From IMG/VR virus record IMGVR_UViG_3300033076_000691, positions 39,768 through 103,767 of that record: 64,000 nt of DNA, one strand, 5' to 3'. Numbering within the stretch: position 1 is the stretch's first letter; each line of letters begins with the position of its first letter. The translations under genes were made by a program, and so were the position numbers. The notes beneath the pieces were generated by a model. The model did no database searches. It worked only from the letters and a program-made list of their open reading frames with translations, and had not been told where the DNA came from. Below, in pieces: positions 58,801 to 64,000 of the stretch. The stretch is from a virus. Taxonomy: Duplodnaviria; Caudoviricetes.

Positions 58801-58892
58801 TTCTTGTTTAGCTATATATTCCCATTTATTATCAGTTGATGTTATTATATTTACTATAATTACTATATATTTATCTGCATATTTATGTAGAT

Positions 58893-59165
58893 ATGTTATA
58901 TCAACTCCCTAATGGGAAAGTCGTTCATCTTTCAGTAGAAGAATTTCTTGATCTTACAGATGAGGATATACAATATCTCATGTCCATTGATTATGGAGAA
59001 TATATCAAAAATCCTTTCAGCGGTTCTGCTGTAGATGACAATGTCAAAGAAAAGTATTATGACTTTGATTTCCTCAAAGTGGATGATGAAGATATAAATG
59101 ATATTATATCTGATGACATTCCTTTTGATGATATTATTGATTTATCGGATGACATGAATATGTAG
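58893..59165 (+). CDS. Highly acidic small protein
   Basis: YQLPNGKV..LS.EEFLDLTD.DIQ.L; Asp-rich C-terminus. Confidence 0.7.
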   Translation: MLYQLPNGKVVHLSVEEFLDLTDEDIQYLMSIDYGEYIKNPFSGSAVDDNVKEKYYDFDFLKVDDEDINDIISDDIPFDDIIDLSDDMNM

Positions 59166-59252
59166 TTTTTAACTACACATTTACCTTAGCTTGAGTAACT
59201 AAGGTGTATTATCTACTCAACAATCTATTTATTATTTATTAAAAGTTTAATT

Positions 59253-59735
59253 ATGAATTCAAAAGTAATTGTATTAGCTGATGAAACAACTAAAGCTGTT
59301 GTTAATGTTTCACAAAATCGACCAGATTATGGTTATATCCGTGTGCAACAAGTTAGAACTATGATTGATGACAATGGTTTCTTACGTAGAAAACCTGTCA
59401 CAGCTTTAATTCCTGGTACAATAGAGGAATTAGAAGCATCTGGTTTCTTTGCAGGTCAAGCTTTAGAAGGTAAAATTGTGATTGAAGAATCTCTTGAACC
59501 ATTCAACCAAAAAGAACCAGAACGTGATCTTAAAGTTGCTGGTGAAACTGGTATTGTATGTACATTTGGTGGATTACCTATCTACCGCAGAACTAAAATG
59601 AGTTTTGATGCAACTTCTGCAGATACATTAATCAAACATGACAATGTAGAACAGTTACGTGCTGCATACAATGGTCAAACTAAATCAAGTGCTATCCGTC
59701 CAGGAATCAGTGAAGATTTCTCAATTGGAGGATAA
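59253..59735 (+). CDS. Conserved phage protein (possible SSB/OB-fold)
   Basis: Beta-rich, codon-biased, followed by its own terminator. Confidence 0.55.
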   Translation: MNSKVIVLADETTKAVVNVSQNRPDYGYIRVQQVRTMIDDNGFLRRKPVTALIPGTIEELEASGFFAGQALEGKIVIEESLEPFNQKEPERDLKVAGETGIVCTFGGLPIYRRTKMSFDATSADTLIKHDNVEQLRAAYNGQTKSSAIRPGISEDFSIGG

Positions 59736-59756
59736 TATATTTTATTGGAATAATCA

Positions 59757-59786
59757 AAAGGGGGAGTTTATAGCTCCCCCTTTTTA
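59757..59786 (+). terminator. Intrinsic terminator
   Basis: AAGGGGGAG-tttatag-CTCCCCCTT followed by a T-run. Confidence 0.75.
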
Positions 59787-59803
59787 TTTATGAATTTTAT
59801 TGT

Positions 59804-60289
59804 ATGATTATGGAAAAGCTTAAAGAACAGGTAAGAAATTACCAATTGAGATCACATACTGTGATGTCATATGAACAAGATAGATATTCAGTCTATCAAA
59901 ATTATCTTTATAAGAGAGCATTGTATGGTTTAGATGCTCTTGATGAGAAGGAATTAGCTACTTTATGTAGTAAAAAGAAACAAAGAATAATTAATGTTTA
60001 TAAGCGTGCTCAAACTGTTTTGAACTCATTTAAACAGAAACTTACTATTGAATATACCAATAAATTGTTTAAGAATTTCTTTCCTAAGTCTAACATTACC
60101 AAGGAGTTACTAGAATCCAATGATGTAGACGAAAAGTTCAAGAATACTTTAACTTTTAAAGATTTAAATATCTCTAAAGATGATATTATTCGTATATTTA
60201 TAGCTGAAGGTATACTTCCTAAAAACTTTTTAAGTTTAAAAGAAGCACCTGTAAGTTTACCAAATTTGAAGAATGCAGATAAAGCTTAA
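59804..60289 (+). CDS. Hypothetical protein
   Basis: ORF track. Confidence 0.7.
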   Translation: MIMEKLKEQVRNYQLRSHTVMSYEQDRYSVYQNYLYKRALYGLDALDEKELATLCSKKKQRIINVYKRAQTVLNSFKQKLTIEYTNKLFKNFFPKSNITKELLESNDVDEKFKNTLTFKDLNISKDDIIRIFIAEGILPKNFLSLKEAPVSLPNLKNADKA

Positions 60290-60680
60290 AGAATGTGATG
60301 GTTGTGGCAAACCATCACAAATATGGAAGAACCATGAGGGGTTCAGATACTGTAAACTTTGCTGGAGTTGCCACAAAAGTAAAGAGATTTCACAGAAACC
60401 AACCAAACGTCCTGTAATCCCTCAGGTCTCTTCCAAGAGGAGACAGAAAGATGCTGAGTATCTTAAGTTAAGAGAAAGGTTTCTTACTCAGAATCCAATA
60501 TGTCAAATCTCTGTGGCCGGTTGTATGAATGGTGCAACTGATGTTCATCATACATATGCCGGTTCCAACAGAGATGCATTCTATTTGGTTCAGAGTACAT
60601 GGAAAGCAACATGTAGAAATTGTCATGATTGGGTACATGCCCATCCTTCAGAAGCAAGAACATTAGGATATTTAAAATAA
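60273..60680 (+). CDS. Zn-finger + HNH-like nuclease
   Basis: CxxC..CxxC N-terminus; C....C...ATDVHH......CRNCH.WVH. Confidence 0.65.
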   Translation: MQIKLKECDGCGKPSQIWKNHEGFRYCKLCWSCHKSKEISQKPTKRPVIPQVSSKRRQKDAEYLKLRERFLTQNPICQISVAGCMNGATDVHHTYAGSNRDAFYLVQSTWKATCRNCHDWVHAHPSEARTLGYLK

Positions 60681-60684
60681 TTAT

Positions 60685-61776
60685 ATGGATAGACAAGACA
60701 TCCAATTAGAAGCGTTAGCTGCAACTGACAGTAAACAGAGGTGTTCTGTTGTATTAGGCACAGGGGTTGGTAAAACCCTTGTTGGACTAAACTATATCAA
60801 TAGGAATACTACACCTCTAATGAAAGTGTTAGTTGTTGCACCTAAGAAAGCAATATTTCAATCATGGAAAGATGATGCAGAGAAATTTGATATGCATCAT
60901 TTATTAGGTAGAATTGTATTTACTACTTACTTGAGCCTGAATAAACATAATCCACAAGATTATAATGCTGTCTGTTTGGATGAATGTCATTCATTACTAG
61001 ATAGTCATAGAGGATTTTTACAACTATATAAAGGAAAGATACTAGGTTTAACTGGTACTCCTCCTAAGTATGGTAGTTCAGAGAAAGGTAGATTAGTACA
61101 AGAATTCTGTCCTGTAGTGTATACATTTAAAGCAGATGATGCTATTGAAAATGGTATACTAAATGATTATCAAATCATAGTACATCAGATTCAACTAGAT
61201 AAATGTAAAGGCTATGTTGCACAAATGAAAGAAAGATCATTTGTTACATCAGAGTATGACAACTATGTTTATTGGTCTAGAAGAATCGATGTAGGGTCTG
61301 GAAACATGCACATGCTCAGAGTTATGAGAATGAAGGCTATGATGGAGTATCAAAGTAAAGAAAAATATACCAAGAAATTAATGGAAAGTATTAATACTAA
61401 GTGTATTGTCTTTGCTAATACTCAAGCACAAGCAGATAAGTTATGTGAATATAGTTATCATAGTGGTAATAAAGATTCCGAAGAAAATCTTTTGATGTTT
61501 AAATCAGGAGAAATAACTAAACTTTCTACTGTATTGCAGTTAAATGAGGGTATTAATATACCTAATCTTAAACAAGGTATCATTATGCATGCATATGGTA
61601 ATGAGAGAAAAGCTAGTCAAAGAATTGGTAGATTACTTCGTCTTAATCCAGATGATAAAGCAATAGTACATATACTATGTTATATGGATACTATTGATGA
61701 GAAATGGGTAAGAGAAGCACTAGAGTCTTTTGACCAAACTAAAATTATTTGGAAAGATTTTGGAGTAAAATTGTAA
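60685..61776 (+). CDS. Superfamily 2 (DExH) helicase
   Basis: GTGVGKT, DECH, GLTGTP, LNEGINIP and QRIGRLLR. Confidence 0.9.
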   Translation: MDRQDIQLEALAATDSKQRCSVVLGTGVGKTLVGLNYINRNTTPLMKVLVVAPKKAIFQSWKDDAEKFDMHHLLGRIVFTTYLSLNKHNPQDYNAVCLDECHSLLDSHRGFLQLYKGKILGLTGTPPKYGSSEKGRLVQEFCPVVYTFKADDAIENGILNDYQIIVHQIQLDKCKGYVAQMKERSFVTSEYDNYVYWSRRIDVGSGNMHMLRVMRMKAMMEYQSKEKYTKKLMESINTKCIVFANTQAQADKLCEYSYHSGNKDSEENLLMFKSGEITKLSTVLQLNEGINIPNLKQGIIMHAYGNERKASQRIGRLLRLNPDDKAIVHILCYMDTIDEKWVREALESFDQTKIIWKDFGVKL

Positions 61777-61785
61777 ATTAGCAAA

Positions 61786-62040
61786 ATGGAATTACCTGAA
61801 GATCATAAACTTATATTGTATAATGATGATGTGCACAGTTTTGCTTATGTTGTAGCTTGTCTCATAAAGTTCTGTGGTCATGAACCTCAACAAGCAGAAC
61901 AATGTGCACTTGTAGCTGATTTAGCTGGTCAGTGTACTATTAAACATGGTTGTTGGGCTCAGATATCTACAATGAAAGAATTACTTGAAGGAGTAGATCT
62001 AAAAGTTAAAATGGAAGAACATGAAGATGGTTTGCATTGA
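61786..62040 (+). CDS. clpS: ClpS N-degron adaptor (variant)
   Basis: LILYNDDVHSF.YV...L...C.H...QAEQC.L.....G.C.IK.G, Bacteroidota-type ClpS pattern. Confidence 0.85.
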   Translation: MELPEDHKLILYNDDVHSFAYVVACLIKFCGHEPQQAEQCALVADLAGQCTIKHGCWAQISTMKELLEGVDLKVKMEEHEDGLH

Positions 62041-62296
62041 TAGCAGTAATAAACCTGCTAAAGTCCCTATAGAACAGTGGATTAAAGAAGGTGAAACATA
62101 TACTGTAATTAAAGTAGTAAAAATGGGATTGCAAGACAAAAAGTATGGTGTGCTTCTCAAAGAAGTACAAATGTCTGCTGATTGTTTTCCATATGAGTAC
62201 TATGATGCAGACCGGTTCATTCCATTAGATATGAGAGTCTATGAAGCAGAAGAAAAGAAAGAAGAAGTCTTAGAAGCTGACTTAGAACTAATCTAA
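62021..62296 (+). CDS. Hypothetical protein (VCID...G..YTV...Y.A.RF family)
   Basis: ORF track. Confidence 0.65.
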   Translation: MKMVCIDSSNKPAKVPIEQWIKEGETYTVIKVVKMGLQDKKYGVLLKEVQMSADCFPYEYYDADRFIPLDMRVYEAEEKKEEVLEADLELI

Positions 62297-62301
62297 ATGT
62301 T

Positions 62302-62754
62302 ATGGAGTATACAGAACAAGATGTAATTGACAAACTTAAAGAATTGTATAAAGGTCCTAGAACTAGAGTAAGGCATTTAACAGATATGAGATACTATCTA
62401 ATTTCTGTATTGTATTATAAATTTAAGTTGAAAGAAGAACAAATCTTTGCATATACAACTCTTACAAATAGATCAAGTGTTCATCATGCTAAAAGATTAG
62501 GTTATGAACTCTATAAATCAGAGGATCCGGTTTTTATGAGAAACATTGAAGGACTTATTAAACAGTTTCCTTATGATTTTCCTGAAGGCTCAGTTAATGT
62601 CAAATTAAAACCAGGATTACAAACAATAAAATTTAGAGTATCTCCTGCAATAATGGAGCAATTAAAAAGATATAGTAACCGTAAATCTTTTGAATCAGTA
62701 GATATTGGTGCAAAACATATATTAACTAATCTGTTAAAGTTATGGGAAGAATGA
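62302..62754 (+). CDS. Putative DNA-binding protein: DnaA-C-like HTH + RHH-like C-terminus
   Basis: R.R....R.Y....L...NRSSVHH; IKFRVSP....QL..Y. Confidence 0.45.
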   Translation: MEYTEQDVIDKLKELYKGPRTRVRHLTDMRYYLISVLYYKFKLKEEQIFAYTTLTNRSSVHHAKRLGYELYKSEDPVFMRNIEGLIKQFPYDFPEGSVNVKLKPGLQTIKFRVSPAIMEQLKRYSNRKSFESVDIGAKHILTNLLKLWEE

Positions 62755-63005
62755 AAGAGATTTACATGCGTATCATGTATGAAAATGATGGTCAAGTACC
62801 AGAAGAAATGACTCTTGCTGACATGGCTAGAATGAAAGAAATAGAAATTTATAACTGGGAAGAATATGAAAGAGAACAAGAGAAAATCAGATTATTCAGA
62901 GTTAAACAAGAGAATCCAAGAGAGATTACTAAGGTTGCACAAGTCAGAGAGTACTGGGAAGAAGAACTCCGCAAAGGTAAGATCAGAAGACTTAAAAAAG
63001 ATTAA
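62742..63005 (+). CDS. Hypothetical protein (MGRMKE family)
   Basis: ORF track. Confidence 0.6.
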   Translation: MGRMKEIYMRIMYENDGQVPEEMTLADMARMKEIEIYNWEEYEREQEKIRLFRVKQENPREITKVAQVREYWEEELRKGKIRRLKKD

Positions 63006-63007
63006 TA

Positions 63008-63214
63008 ATGAAGAAGGTGACTAGTAATACTTTGAACAAGATGGTCATATTTTCTATTGGTATGATTATAGGTATGTTTGTAATTGGTTTAACTAAATCT
63101 ACTTATGTAGTAGAAAAACCAATTTATACTTATGTAAAAACATCAGATTGGTCTAAAGAAACTAATCCCAGGAAAGTTGCTTATTTTGAGCACCTTGTAA
63201 GAACACAACCATGA
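63008..63214 (+). CDS. Small membrane protein
   Basis: One TM segment. Confidence 0.55.
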   Translation: MKKVTSNTLNKMVIFSIGMIIGMFVIGLTKSTYVVEKPIYTYVKTSDWSKETNPRKVAYFEHLVRTQP

Positions 63215-63405
63215 AGCATTTTATTAAATACACATTGGTATGGATAAGCCAAAACTTGTCCATACCATTTTGGATGGTAGGTCATGTGCATCTAATGACA
63301 TCAGTCTATGCAGATATACATGAAATTATCATGTCCTTGGGTATGAATATAATTGTGGCAGTGGGGTTTATTATTGATTATAAAGATTCAAGAAATGAAA
63401 GATAG
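63211..63405 (+). CDS. Small membrane protein
   Basis: Hydrophobic; ATGA overlap. Confidence 0.6.
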   Translation: MKHFIKYTLVWISQNLSIPFWMVGHVHLMTSVYADIHEIIMSLGMNIIVAVGFIIDYKDSRNER

Positions 63406-63589
63406 AAACTGGGTAGTAATTCTACCAATATTATTTTATGTATTAGCCGGGTTTGGTTATATCAGATGTGCATATAAGATGTTTACATGTAACTGGGAAC
63501 CTATTGGTAAAGCAGAAGTAGTTTATACTATAGGTACATTTTCAGGTGCCGGAGTAGTTATTGGTTACTTTGACATTGAGGACAAGTAA
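63395..63589 (+). CDS. Small membrane protein
   Basis: Start reassigned to MKDRNW. Confidence 0.6.
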   Translation: MKDRNWVVILPILFYVLAGFGYIRCAYKMFTCNWEPIGKAEVVYTIGTFSGAGVVIGYFDIEDK

Positions 63590-63590
63590 A

Positions 63591-63620
63591 TGTCCAGTAT
63601 TTTTTAAAATAAACTGGACA
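63591..63620. promoter_or_regulatory. Palindrome TGTCCAGT-N14-ACTGGACA, copy 2
   Basis: Matches 52144-52173. Confidence 0.55.
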
Positions 63621-63668
63621 AATCTATAAAGAATAGGTCCTAATATTTACCACATATAATTAATAGAA

Positions 63669-63926
63669 ATGATAAATCAGAATAATATGACAGCAGTAGA
63701 AAAATTTTGGCAAGATGTGCAAGATGTTTTACCTCCATCAAGTGTAGGCTATGAAACAGCAACCAAGTTAGGAATAGCTTATGAACAAGCCAAAGAAATG
63801 GAGAAGGAGCAGAAGATTGAGTTTGCTAAAATGCACGTGAAAACAGCATTGAAAGCAGTTGAAAATGAAATGATTCTTCACGCCTCATCAGTCAAGCATT
63901 GGTATTTACCACAAAATATTAAGTAA
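63669..63926 (+). CDS. Hypothetical protein (TAVE...QAKEMEKEQ family)
   Basis: ORF track. Confidence 0.65.
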   Translation: MINQNNMTAVEKFWQDVQDVLPPSSVGYETATKLGIAYEQAKEMEKEQKIEFAKMHVKTALKAVENEMILHASSVKHWYLPQNIK

Positions 63927-63943
63927 CCTTTAAATAAAATAAT

Positions 63944-64000
63944 ATGACAGCAGTATTAGATTTTATTGTATCAGTATTTCTACTATTTATGATGGTAGTT
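63944..64000 (+). CDS. 5' start of a hydrophobic protein, truncated by the window edge
   Basis: MTAVLDFIVSVFLLFMMVV open to the edge. Confidence 0.45.
   Translation, partial: MTAVLDFIVSVFLLFMMVV

Noticed and set aside
1-64000. Stop-codon reassignment (known in some crAss-like phages)
   Set aside because: Core genes are full length in code 11, TAG and TGA end genes normally, and no suppressor tRNA was seen.

Overview
This is an AT-rich 64-kb segment of a crAss-like (Crassvirales-type) dsDNA phage. The host is most likely a Bacteroidota, judged from TTTG / TAnnTTTG-type promoters, AT-rich starts without Shine-Dalgarno motifs and a Bacteroidota-type ClpS. The minus strand (1-~51.9 kb) carries the virion and packaging module in crAss-like order: TerL, portal, scaffold-like protein, major capsid, auxiliary capsid, ring, IHF-like and muzzle proteins, and a large cargo-type protein. 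It also carries Cys-rich tail proteins, a lysis cassette, a 2809-aa collagen-like fibre and an accessory cluster (GroES-like, DUF3310, sponge-like proteins, ATE/Bpt-like aminoacyl transferase). After a GC-rich strand-switch region at ~52.1-52.3 kb, the plus strand carries early/middle genes, tRNA-Arg(UCU), thioredoxin, an HNH-like protein, an SF2 helicase and ClpS. Most notable: (i) a candidate phage-encoded N-degron pathway (ATE/Bpt-like transferase + variant ClpS + tRNA-Arg); (ii) an RNA-rich cassette (tRNA-like RNA, pseudoknot, twister ribozyme, coiled-coil gene, long rod-shaped RNA); (iii) a modular cargo protein with a SET domain and recurring xxGG motifs shared with small basic proteins; (iv) repeated promoter- and operator-like motifs. 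All calls come from reading motifs by eye; no database searches or folding programs were run.
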